From the NCBI GenBank assembly GCA_030704615.1, contig CM060734.1:40176001-40240000 (forward strand): a stretch of DNA of 64,000 nucleotides, read 5' to 3'. Made by a program: the position numbers and the translations under genes. Shown here one piece after another: positions 1 to 11,149 of this stretch. The notes below the pieces were generated by a model. That model searched no databases and was not told the DNA's origin. It saw only the letters and a program-made list of their open reading frames with translations. Position 1 is the first letter of the stretch. Every line of letters starts with the position of its first letter. This DNA comes from Takakia lepidozioides (lineage: Eukaryota > Plantae > Bryophyta).

Positions 1-53
1 CGATTAGAATTGTCACTTGTAGGATTTTGGGGAGCTACACTGACCGGGTAGCG

Positions 54-2751
54 ATGGAGCGAAAGACAGGTCAGGCGCTGGTGCTGTCCGTGGTGGAGGT
101 GATCGGGGAGGTGGGCGCCATTGGGGATGTGGTGCGCAGCTATCGTAAAGAGTGTGGCCATCTCACACGACGCATTAAGTCATTGGCTCCCCTATTTGAG
201 GAGCTTCGTGATTCTGGAGCCCTAGTTTCCATAGCAGCTGTCCCATCCTTCAGGGCTTTGGAAGCTGTTTTGCTTAGAGCCAAGAAGGTGCTGGAAGAGT
301 GCAGGGACGGCAGTCAGTTTTGGTTGGTAAGTTAAGGTCAAAGTTTGTTGTCTGTGTGGGTCTTTTCTGCATGTGTGGGCAAAATGATCGTGAGTTATGC
401 TCCTGTGCTCTGATGTTGTGGGCCTTTCTTCTATGTGTCTCGTATGGAGCTTCGCAAACAGACCAGCGATATAGTCTATTGGTAGTAGATACTGGTTGAA
501 GCCAGGTGTCACATGACATATAGAAGGTAATAGAACGAGTATGAGTGGTTCATGCAGGTGATGAACAAGGAGAAGATGAGCGTGCAGTTCCGGCAGCTGA
601 CAGCAGACCTGAGCAAAGCCTTGGATCTCCTCCCGCTGGAGGTCCTGGATGTTTCTGATGAAGTATATGAACAGGTACCCCTTGATCTTTGATTCTACAG
701 GAAGACACTGCCTTTTTGTTGGCCCATACCAATTTTGATATTAAATGCCATTCATTCTCTGAGCTTGTCATAGGTTCTGTGACACTCCCTCTTTGATTGT
801 CTTAATTCAAAGTTGTTGGTAGGCAGTCAGTAGCTTGGATTTCGAAAAGTTGGTGACTGATCTGCTGCGGTCATACTTATCCATGTTGTTTGAAATTTGA
901 CAGCTTGGAGGGGATTTTGGCTACCACTTGAAAGTGGTTGTGCCAATGTCTGACCTATTGTGCCTTTTCTCTTACCGTGCAAGGTGTTTGAGTGACATGC
1001 ATATGGTTGTTAGTTTGCTGACTTCCAAGTGTGGCAGGTGGAGCTCGTGCGTGTGCAAGTGAAGCGGGCCAAGTCTCGAGGGGATGTGCCAGATGAGCAA
1101 CTATACGCAATCGTACACTCTCTCCTGAAACATGAGGCGGAGAAGCTGCCGCTACCGAGAACTCTTCTCGAGGATGCTGCCGAGAAGCTGCGGTTACAAA
1201 CAGAAACAGCCTGGAAACAAGAATGGAGAGCTTTGGATAATTTGGCAGGGCAAGGCGATACACTGAAAGACAATGTTGATAATATGATGCAAGTGCTCAG
1301 CAAAATTCACTTCAGGGCTCTAGAGGACGAGAAAGAACCTGAATCTGTCTTTTCTACATGGCGTGCTGGCAAAGCATCTTGTTCAACAGAACCACATTTT
1401 TCGGTTCGCATGGCTGGTCCTCTTCCCCCTGATGATTTTAAGTGCCCCATTTCCCTGGAGCTTATGAAGGACCCTGTGATTGTGGCTACTGGCCAGGTAC
1501 TCTCTCTCTCTCTCTTCTCCGGATGCATTCTGTGCACCCTTGTATACACTATCTAATATGACCTTTGCTGAGATTTATTGTGCTGAACTGCTTCAATACT
1601 TCAAACACTTGTTAATTTTATGGATGTGGCTTGTGTGGCATATGCAGACGTATGAGCGTGCATGCATTCAGAAGTGGTTACATGCAAACAATCGAACGTG
1701 TCCGAAAACGCAGCAGGTGCTCACACACCTTATCCTCACCCCCAATTATGTTTTGCGTAGTCTCATTGCGCAATGGTGTGAGGCAAACGGCATGGAGGCA
1801 CCCAAGAGGCCAGGGTCAGGTGGAGGTGGGAAGCTTGGCGGTAGTGGGGCAGATGGTGGGGTTGCGTATGGTGACAATGCTTTGGTGGAGTCATTGCTAC
1901 TCAAGTTGCACAGTGAGCAGGCGGAGGTACAGCGGCAGGCAGCAGGTGAGCTGCGGCTGCTGGCTAAGGTGAGCACTGAGAATCGGATGTGCTTAGCTGA
2001 TCGGGGAGCCATCCCACTGTTGGTGGGTTTACTGTTTACACACGACATGAAGACGCAGGAGCATGCTGTGACGGCCCTGCTGAACTTATCCATTCTTGAC
2101 AGCAACAAACGTGCAATTGTGGAGGCAGGTGCTCTCCATCCTGTTGTTGATGTGCTCAAGCAGGGCAGTATGGAAGCTCGTGAGAATGCGGCTGCAACAC
2201 TTTTCAGCCTATCTGCTGTGGATGAGAACAAAGTTAGTATTGGGACTGCAGGTGCCATTCCTGCACTGGTGGCACTGCTGCAGGAAGGTACACCCCGGGG
2301 GAAGAAGGATGCGGCTACTGCTCTTTTCGCATTGTGCATCTACCAAGGCAACAAGGCCCGTGCAATTCGCACCGGTATTGTGGCACCACTGATGGAGCTG
2401 CTGCTGGATTCAAGTGCAGGCATGGTTGATGAGGCGTTGGCCATATTAGCGGTTCTGTCGACGCATCCTGATGGGCGTACAGCCATTGGTCGTGCATGTG
2501 CTATCCCTGTACTGCTGGAGCTAATACAAAATGGGTCCATACGGAACAAAGAGAATGGTGCCTCTGTGTTACTGGCGCTGTGTCAATGCAGTAGCACATA
2601 TGCTGCCACAGCCCGGCACCTGGGTGCTGCCACTCCACTGAGTGAACTGTTGCAGACAGGGACCCTGCGGGCCAAACGCAAGGCGTTGGAGTTGTTGCAG
2701 CATCTCAACGAACAGGAATCTGTTTATCTTGGCTGTGGGAGAGTGCATTAG
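54..2751 (+). CDS. Plant U-box/ARM-repeat E3 ubiquitin ligase (PUB12/13/14-like), 4 exons: 54-326, 558-674, 1038-1496, 1648-2751
   Basis: GT-AG junctions keep frame. N-terminal UND-like region, U-box PPDDFKCPISLELMKDPVIVATGQ|TYERACIQKWL...TCPKTQQVL...LTPNYVLRSLI, then ARM repeats (QEHAVTALLNLSI, EARENAAATLFSLS, RGKKDAATALF). Confidence 0.95.
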
Positions 2752-3081
2752 GACACAGATGCTTGATTCTCTACCCTGAACAAGACCTTTAGATTTGGTT
2801 GCAGTGGGCTAGCGAAGCAGTGTTGCATGCATATACAACACTGCAAGTAGGGCTACCATGTATCATGTCACACAACTCCATCCATTCGACTCTAACAGAT
2901 GCTGTAGCCAAGAAGCCTCTCAAAATTTTGATAGGCAGATGGAACTCCTGACCAAGCTCATAGTGAAGTAATTCATTGCGGCAAAGTACAATTGCTGCCT
3001 CACTTCAAGAGTTCCCAGCGCAAGCGGTCCTCACAGTGCAGGTTGTCCCACCTATCAGTCTCTATCTGCAGACTGTAAGCC

Positions 3082-3177
3082 CCTCACAAAGGTAGTGCCT
3101 ATTCCCTATGTTTCCGTCCAAACTGGGCATGGGGTCTGTGTCCACAAGGCTGCGGCAAACGAAGTCTTATAAGTACA
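3082..3177 (+). mobile_element. 3' end remnant of a non-LTR retrotransposon (same family as 19539-19580 and 52947-53250)
   Basis: CCTCACAAAGGTAGTGC...CCACAAGGCTGCGGCAAACGAAGTCTTATAAGTACA matches the two other copies in the window. Confidence 0.55.
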
Positions 3178-3991
3178 ATCTATCCACGGACTGTGGGAGC
3201 CACCCTGAACCTCCCAATGCCCTTAGAAGAGAGGGAGAGAGAGCTGCAGACAGGTAATTAGGCCGCAAGATTCTATCTTCACGGAGGACCAAGAATGTCT
3301 CCTGATAGAACTGCAGTTTTGTTGTAAGCTTAGCTGGATTCCAATCGTGTGAAGTTCCAAAGTTCTCGTCTGATGTATCTGGCGCGGTCCTGTTTGGATG
3401 CAATTTCCATCCCCTCTGTATTGCGTGGCAGTAGGGAAGCAACCGGTGCTAAAAACAATTGGACACCCTACAATGCAAGCTAAAGAGCTTATGGGATAAA
3501 CAAAAGTAAACACAAGAAAAGTGGGGCCTCCAGCAACCAGCCACTACAACAAAAAATTACAATTCAAGTTCGACAAGAGTCTCTAATAAGATGGAGAGCC
3601 CCATGCAGATATGACACCCAGGCATCTCTGATACTCGTAATGGAAAACCTTTGTCAGGGATATGCTGTCTCCATACAGGAAAAATTAGCACCCTGGATTT
3701 GTAGCAAAGAGGACACTGAAAGAAGAAATGTCTCAGTCGCCACTATCTAAAGAAAGACTATCTATAAAGAGACATGAAACTTTTTGGAGCTTTGCTGTCG
3801 CTTTTGCTATTTCCGGAAAAGATAGGTCTGGCATCTCCCCACCTCTTGGCAGTCTGGGCGAAGTTCACTGCTCACTATATAACTTGCCTCGCTCACCTGC
3901 ACAGACTCATATCTCCTTCATCTCCCTTGAGTCGAAAACTGTTTGTCTCGAGAGCTTTTCTCAACTTAGCTGTACAGAATCCGAGTTACAA

Positions 3992-5197
3992 ATGGGCAAG
4001 AGTCGGAAAGTTGCAAAGAGAGAACCCATCAAAGGTGAATTAGACGGGGATTTCGGGCGTCTACCCGAAGAGATTGTAGAGACTATTCTTGCGCATCTCC
4101 CGGTGCGCGATCTTCTTACATTCCAAGCACTGTGCACTACGTGGAGTCGCTTCAACCTCGTGAAACTTTCCTTTCTGCAAATGCGTGTGAAGATGGGCGT
4201 GGAATTGACAGATTGGTTCTTTCCCCTTTGTTTTGGTATAGAGCACGGCGCGATTTCTCGTCGGAAGAGTAAATTGGGTTGGGGAATGCATCACGCGTCA
4301 AAGGAATGGCAAACAATTTTTCCTTCTTTGTCGATCCTTCCGACTGGAGTCAAGAGTACCATTCTTACTGCAGCTGGGGGCCTAGTATTATGTCGTCGAG
4401 GCAGTCACCCGAAAACCGAGCAATTGTATGTTTGTAATCCAGTGACCAGGAGTTGGAAGCAGTTGCCTGATCGATGGGTCGATGGAAGAGGCCGTGCAAC
4501 CATGTACGTTGATCACCTGTCTGGGACATACAAGATTTTTGTCTTTGGCCGGTTGTTCCTCCAAGTTTACAACTCTGCAACACAAACGTGGATGCAACTT
4601 ACATATCCAGCTGTGTGCACTCGGTGCGTCCCGCATGATTCTGTGGTATGCTTCTATTTGCTGCAGGAGCTAAGTCACCGTCGAAGAGACGTAATCACGT
4701 TGAACGCATTTGACTTCAAAAGAGGGTCACAGTTCATTACCTTACTTGTAAGATTCTTCCAGAGCTATTCTGAAGAATATATGAGCAAGAGCAAGCCACG
4801 GCTTGTGGCGTGCATGGATACTCTCTACCTTATCGGAGTTTCATGGGCGGGCCTGCAGCCTGATTTTTCAAAATTGATTGTGAACTTTCGCATCACCCGG
4901 ATTGAGCTGCAAGGAGAGGAATATAAATTTTTCCAAGTGACCCAGCTGTCGCATGATGTCGGTAAGACGGATGCCGTTACCCGAAAAGCTTTCGAAGACA
5001 ACTGGCAATGCGCAGCCAGAGATGAGTGTATCTGGATGACCTGTGGAGATTATCTCTTGTGGTACAACGTCAGGAATGATACTAAAGGGGAGCAGCGTAT
5101 CATACATAATACTGGCGTCTCTGATCCATCTCACTGGCTCAAGCTCCGCTACCTTCCCAACGCAAATTTTGCACCGAGTTTGACTGCTGCTCCTTGA
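3992..5197 (+). CDS. Intronless F-box protein with FBA/kelch-like C-terminal region (ORF open from 3728; 3992 is the likelier start)
   Basis: F-box RLPEEIVETILAHLPVRDLLTFQALCTTW, followed by typical plant F-box motifs LTAAGGLVLC and LYVCNPVTRSWKQLP. Confidence 0.85.
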   Translation: MGKSRKVAKREPIKGELDGDFGRLPEEIVETILAHLPVRDLLTFQALCTTWSRFNLVKLSFLQMRVKMGVELTDWFFPLCFGIEHGAISRRKSKLGWGMHHASKEWQTIFPSLSILPTGVKSTILTAAGGLVLCRRGSHPKTEQLYVCNPVTRSWKQLPDRWVDGRGRATMYVDHLSGTYKIFVFGRLFLQVYNSATQTWMQLTYPAVCTRCVPHDSVVCFYLLQELSHRRRDVITLNAFDFKRGSQFITLLVRFFQSYSEEYMSKSKPRLVACMDTLYLIGVSWAGLQPDFSKLIVNFRITRIELQGEEYKFFQVTQLSHDVGKTDAVTRKAFEDNWQCAARDECIWMTCGDYLLWYNVRNDTKGEQRIIHNTGVSDPSHWLKLRYLPNANFAPSLTAAP

Positions 5198-6300
5198 CAG
5201 TATATATTAATTTGTACAGCTTTCTGATCATGTTCATTTGAGTTGTAACTTGCTGCCATTTGCAGGTTTAGATGTCCGCTAGATCTCAAGAAGTAGGCAC
5301 TACGCATGCTGTGAATGTTATGAGCCTCCCAAGTTGTCAGAAGTAGGGAAATATAGAACTCAGTCACTGTACACCAGCTCAAACAACAACTGCATAGTTG
5401 GAGCTAATTGATCTTTCTTGAATGCGAAGTAAAGCTTATAACTAAAAGAAGAAATTTGTTGGTTTCCTTGTAAGAGGAGCTGTCAGGACTCACACCATTG
5501 ATAACCAGCTGAATAATTCTAATAAGACAATAACCTCCAAGTGCAGTTGTTTATATGCTAAATGTGTGCACAAAGGATACACAGACCGACTTTGTTAACC
5601 CCTTGAGGACGAGCCTGTTTTTTGTGGGCCAAAGGACAATTATCTGCTTGCAATCTGCATCCTGTGTAGATCATGCATCAAGTACCCTTCCCCTTCCCAC
5701 TTTACTGATGCCTCCCAGACCCTGGGTAGAATCTGTAGATGTAAGAGTGAACCAATCTGGTCATGGATGGCCAGTGGCAATGACAACTGCACACCTTGTA
5801 TGATATCTTGCACAAGGGTTGAAAGGAAGTAACAAGAAAGACCCAATTAACATTGTGAGAGGCCAAATGCCGATAGGTGTCTCTCCATGTCACTTCAATC
5901 CTGAAAATGGGAGAAAGAATTACACCTGACCCCATTGCACAAGCCTAAAATTTCTTGGAACCGGTAGGTCAGTAGGAATACATAATTCCACTCCAGAGCA
6001 AAATATCCATCAGAGAGTTCCAAGGAAAGCTAGACCCATTTATTCAACCTGTAGCCCGCGCATTTGTTGTCATCCTAACAAAAATAAAGCTCTCAACACC
6101 GAGAACTAAATCAATCAATCAACCAGAAAAGTAATATGTTGCCGAGCAAGAATTAAACTCTGAGCCTAGAAATTGACTCTAGCAATAGAAGACGACTTAT
6201 TGCCTCTAGCCTGAAGTCAGACAACTCTAAGATGAGAGGTGATGGGCTCTCATTGGCCGCCAAAACCCCCATACACACGTTCAGGTATGTCAGACACGCT

Positions 6301-8705
6301 TTACTTCTTAACGAATTCCACCCCTTTCTCTATTGAACTCTTCAGTTCCTCCTTCAGGGCTTCCAACCCCTTCCGCTCATAATCAGAGAGGGAGCCCAAC
6401 CCAGCACTTCCTCCACACCTTTGGGACCCAATTGCACCTGCCATTCACAGAGCACTAACCATTACAAAGAGCTACAAACTGCAACGTTGCTGCTACAATG
6501 TATATCAGCACCAAATTGATTGCTCTTTTCCTTCCTTCCTTTTAGTGCCCACCTAAGTTTTCTTCCATCACTACTTTACAAGAACTAACATTGACTGCTA
6601 AACCAACTAAACAGTACCTTAGATGAGAAAAAGGGCAACTCAGTGATGTTGGATGCCACATAGCTGCACTCCACTACACCTTTCAGACCATTAAGACCCT
6701 TGAGACATCCCTCTCTAAGAGTGCTCCTGCATAACTGCATTCCCACCCATGATACGATGAAGTATAAATTAAACACGGGTTACCACCAGTCTCAACAACA
6801 ATAACTCAAGAACTTTAAGTCCCCTGACCTCTTCATATATCAGCATACACAGAAATAGAAATTTTAGACACAATTGAACGATGCTAAAGCAAATATTAAA
6901 AACCACAGTAAGAACACAACAAAGACTTTACAAGGTTAAAAGTTTATAGTTACTTGGTCATTTAGTGCAAAGCCCAGATGTATGCACAAAAGCAAAAACA
7001 AGCAAACAATGCGGCGTTGTTGGGCCAACGGAGCAGGTCCTTACGCCATAGAACGAGTGGCAGAGCCTTTGCCAGCCTTAGCTTGCACAACTTCAGTTCT
7101 GCCGTCCTGTGTGCGCTTTGTTAGAGCTTCAATCTCTTCCGGAGTCAATGACGTCTTTGGAGTGGCCTGCAGCAAAAATGCAACTGCAAATGTGAGAAAT
7201 GAGGTAGCAAGGTAGGATACACCAAAAGGAGATCACACCCCGCATCATCTGATAAACATGACCAACAATAAATACACAGGATCACGAGAAAATGGCATTG
7301 TGCCAGAAATTGATACCTGCACATCTGGTCTCGGTCAATCCAACAATGTGGAAGGAGACTGGGCTAACAACCATACATTGGGGTATCTATACATAAAAAG
7401 AAGTGTACCTGAGAGAAGAGGGGAAGAATAGTGATGCCCGCATGGCCACCCACAACAGGAACGTCGACATCTACAAAATTTCACAATCCAACCATGTCAC
7501 AAATTGAATGTGCAATATGGAAAAGCTGCATGGTAACCTACCCACATGATACTTCCTTTGTTCCAAAACAGACAGCAATTTTAACTCCTATCTGAATAGG
7601 CCCCTTACTGAAGCAATATTCATTCACAGCAGCAGTAGAATATTCAGCCTGCTAAAGCTTGATAGTAACCTCATTCTGTTAGCTTGTAGCCTTGCATGTT
7701 AAGAGCTGGTCCCTTTAACCAGAAGTAGGACTTCTGACTAGGACAATTCTCTCTACCAATGTACAAGACTGCAATCCCCTAAGAATAGGGGTCACATTCT
7801 GATTACCCAATATAGGACCTCTGATTCCTGATCAATGTAAGCCCACAGTCATGGGTTGTCATACATGTACAGTTTTCAGATTGCAGAACTGACCTGGGTC
7901 AGCGAGGGCAGTAGTTCTAAGGACTCACTGTTAGAGATTCAAGATTTGTACTAGAGGACCAAACTCTGCGATGCTTACCTCGCACTGGGATGCCCTTCTT
8001 ACAAGCATAGAAGGTCCTTGCTCACACCACATCCAGTGTGGTTACACCAAATAGTTTGGCTGGATCATATGTGCCAGCCTTCTTGAAAACTTCTGCCGCA
8101 ATCAGCACCGTCGAGTTGACAGGGTTACTGATCATGTTCACCAACGCTTTCAGCACAACCAGCAGAAGTCAGGATCCAGCCGACAATACTTTGCAGAGCA
8201 CACGTTGTGAAAGAGAGTCATGAACACTAGAGAGCTCACTGCATGCAGGCTCAATGGCACTAACTGACTGCCAATGCCGTCAAATGCAGCAAACAGATCC
8301 CACACAAGTCGACAATGTAATACCAACTAAAAATATTGGAATACCAATTCAGGTTTTGATGGTGTGAACACTTCTATACCACAGTTTCCGGCAGGCCGTC
8401 TGACAGACAACTAAACCTAAGGGCATCGGGTGCCAAATATATGTGGTTTTTGTATCCCCATGTCAAAGCTGAGTATATCCTGTCATGAAATGATCATCCT
8501 TACCATGAACTACCACAATCCCAGCACTTACTGCCCACAACAATGAATGACACAAAGTGGTTCTAAAACTTAAAATGCAAACATACCTCTGGGCAATATT
8601 CAGCTATAGCCGTGCACAGGCTCTTCACAATTCCAGCATTGATCCTTGAGCAAATCATCCCGTGTCATGCCAGGCTTGCGTGGCACCCCTGCAGGAATGA
8701 TGACA
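6301..8705 (-). pseudogene. MDH: Mitochondrial-type NAD malate dehydrogenase pseudogene; intron-containing, 5' part missing
   Basis: Six exon remnants: [28 protein letters not shown]...[56 protein letters not shown]...VVECSYV...[37 protein letters not shown]. In-frame TGA at 8022-8024 and at least three 1-bp frameshifts. Confidence 0.92.
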
Positions 8706-10188
8706 GAATTGGCCTTAGGGCATGCATTTGAGATGCTTGTCCGCGTACAGCCAGCATGGTGCCTCCCTTGAACTTAAAAATGTGCAATTAAATGAGATGG
8801 ATACTCAAACCACAACAGCTTACCTCTAGAACCCTGGAGATATGGAGTTCATGTTGTACCTTCTCTTCTTCCATATGGGCCTCAAGTTCTTGGCACCTAG
8901 AACATGTTAAAATATGACGATGTGCAGCAAAGACTTTTGGAATGCGTTGGCAGGACCTCCGACTTGTACCCACTTCCCTTAGTAGCTTGCCATGAATTCA
9001 GGCAGGGCCATAACTTCTGTCCTTTCTTGTTTGCAGGCCTTGCAGCTGCTCATCAAACAGCCTAGCCTGCCAGCCATGCCCTGCCTCTGGTTTCTGCCTC
9101 CCCAAGTCCTACCCCACCCACCCGTGACATGCCCTCATTGATGAAACCGCAGGAAACCAAACAACGCCAGTTCGCTGCAGGGGAAAGCAGGAGAGGAAAG
9201 GGCAAAATACCTGGAGGGCACGCTGCATGTCTTGGATGCTGCGAGTGGCGCAAACAGCACAGCTTGTAGCGCTTCCAGCTGCGCCTGGTCATGCCTGCTG
9301 TTCCAGCGCAGCCTGGTAGGACGCCGAGATTGCACTTTGCAGCGTCACTATCACTTCCTCCTTCTATCTCACCACCTATAGCCTCCGTATGATCGACTGC
9401 GCCACTGTGGCCACCTGCTTCACCCACCAGTCGTTAAGGAGCATTAGACCTTGCAAACAGGCGATGGCGTTCCAGCACCTTTTCCAAAAGTACACTGAAG
9501 AAGAGCCGTATCCCTTCTTGGTTTCCTCTATGACTGTGGATGACTGCGAAATCCTTGCTCAGCATTTCAACAAGTCCAAAGCACGTCCAAACCGTGCTGT
9601 CCTCACGCTGCGCTCTCAAATATGCCATTCTAGTCTCAGGCATCCCCTTTCAGACTTATTTATTGTTGAGCACCCGTGTCATCTCCATTACTGTACTCGT
9701 GAAATGAAATAAACGTAGTTCCTAGTACAGCCGCTGCAGGGGGGGAGGTGAACATGTAGCTATCGCATTCATTTCAAATTTTGAAGATGACAGGTACATC
9801 GTTTAACATTTGCACTGTGAAATACCGCGATTTGTTGTTGATGTGTATACCGTGCAAGTACCATTCTTCATCTTTCACTATCACACTGAGTCCCCGGATC
9901 CATGCCAATCCTACACGATGCATCCTCGTAAGACGTTCTGCACATTCTGTTTCTCTCCCACCATCAAAAAATTCCTGAGACATATGTAGGTTTTCCAAAA
10001 GGCTCCATTACCATAACTATCTCAGGGTCAACTACTTCAGCAAGTGCATGCAAGCAACAAAGGATATTTCACATATTCTAGGAATATGCAGAGAATGTGT
10101 TATGGCAGAACTGTTGCATGACACGCTTTGCACTACACACTTAGATGGCATGATACACTTTGCATACAAGGTCTTTTCATGTTTTCAC

Positions 10189-10507
10189 CAGTATTGGGCG
10201 GTTATGTAATATTTTTGATAACTCCGGTTTCAGGTTCTCTCTTTACGACTGTCTTCTAAGAACCTCCTATTCAGGTTATTTACTTTTAGAGGATTTTCAA
10301 GAACCACCAGAGCCGGTTATTAAGTGTCTTTTCATATCTTCCGGTTCTGATACATTTCTGTTATTTGGCTACTTTCATATGCCGGTTAGCCAATCCGGTT
10401 AGGATATATAATAGATCTTATAATCGCCGGTTCTTGAAAAGGTTACTGTTAGAAGAACCTTAAGGCACTTTGGTGAACAATAGCACTTCTATATTATTCC
10501 AACACGG
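10189..10507. mobile_element. Degenerate hAT-like MITE with CCGGTT subterminal motifs
   Basis: Imperfect termini CAGTATTGG / CCAACACGG, about six CCGGTT motifs, and inverted TTTTCAAGAACC (10294-10305) / GGTTCTTGAAAA (10429-10440). Flanking 8-mers match only 5/8. Confidence 0.4.
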
Positions 10508-11149
10508 GTTATAAGTTATAATGCATTCATGAGACCTCTTCCTTATCATTGTACCAAAACATCAGAGAGTAAACACAAGATGCTGGCTAAACCTAGATCA
10601 AGTGGCGAGCAAGTATCATTAACTGTTTAAATTAAAAAAAAAAAAACATGAACATGAACATGCCCCATGGTCTACATGAACATGAACAATAAGAAACATG
10701 TATGGAATTTCACACGTGCCAGAGAATATAGCGTTGTGGATGGCGCCGAGGCTCGCGTTATTCCACGTCTGCGTGTGCGTTGGCAAACGTTTGCAGAATG
10801 ACAGCGGCCTGTGTTGGATCCTAGGTTTCAAATTTTTCTCTCTGTGGGATCTGATCAGGAAAGAGGGGGGAGAAGAGAGGGGCTGCGGAAGATATGGTGC
10901 TTCACTAGTCAGCTACACAGGTGTAGATCTCAAGGGGAAGCTGCAAAGTGGGTGCCTGGAAAGAATTCGATGCTGTAAGTATTAGCTTAGCTATGCAACC
11001 ATCTGATCTGTAGGCTGCTTATTCATTGAGGGGGGAAGAGGGAAAGCGTGGATTGAGAAAGAGGTGTGGGAGGAGGGAGATTGTGTACAGAGACATGTAT
11101 AAAAGGGAGGAGCTGGCACAATTGTAATTTCAAAGACCAACTTTCGGCC

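Noticed and set aside
3728-3991. N-terminal extension of the F-box ORF
   Set aside because: Looks like open 5' UTR; F-box motifs normally lie near the N-terminus, favouring ATG 3992.
8022-8024. Stop codon repaired by U-to-C RNA editing
   Set aside because: Such editing is organellar; this is a spliceosomal-intron nuclear locus that also has frameshifts.
8710-10000. Short ORFs upstream of the MDH remnant
   Set aside because: No recognisable domain or consistent splice pattern.
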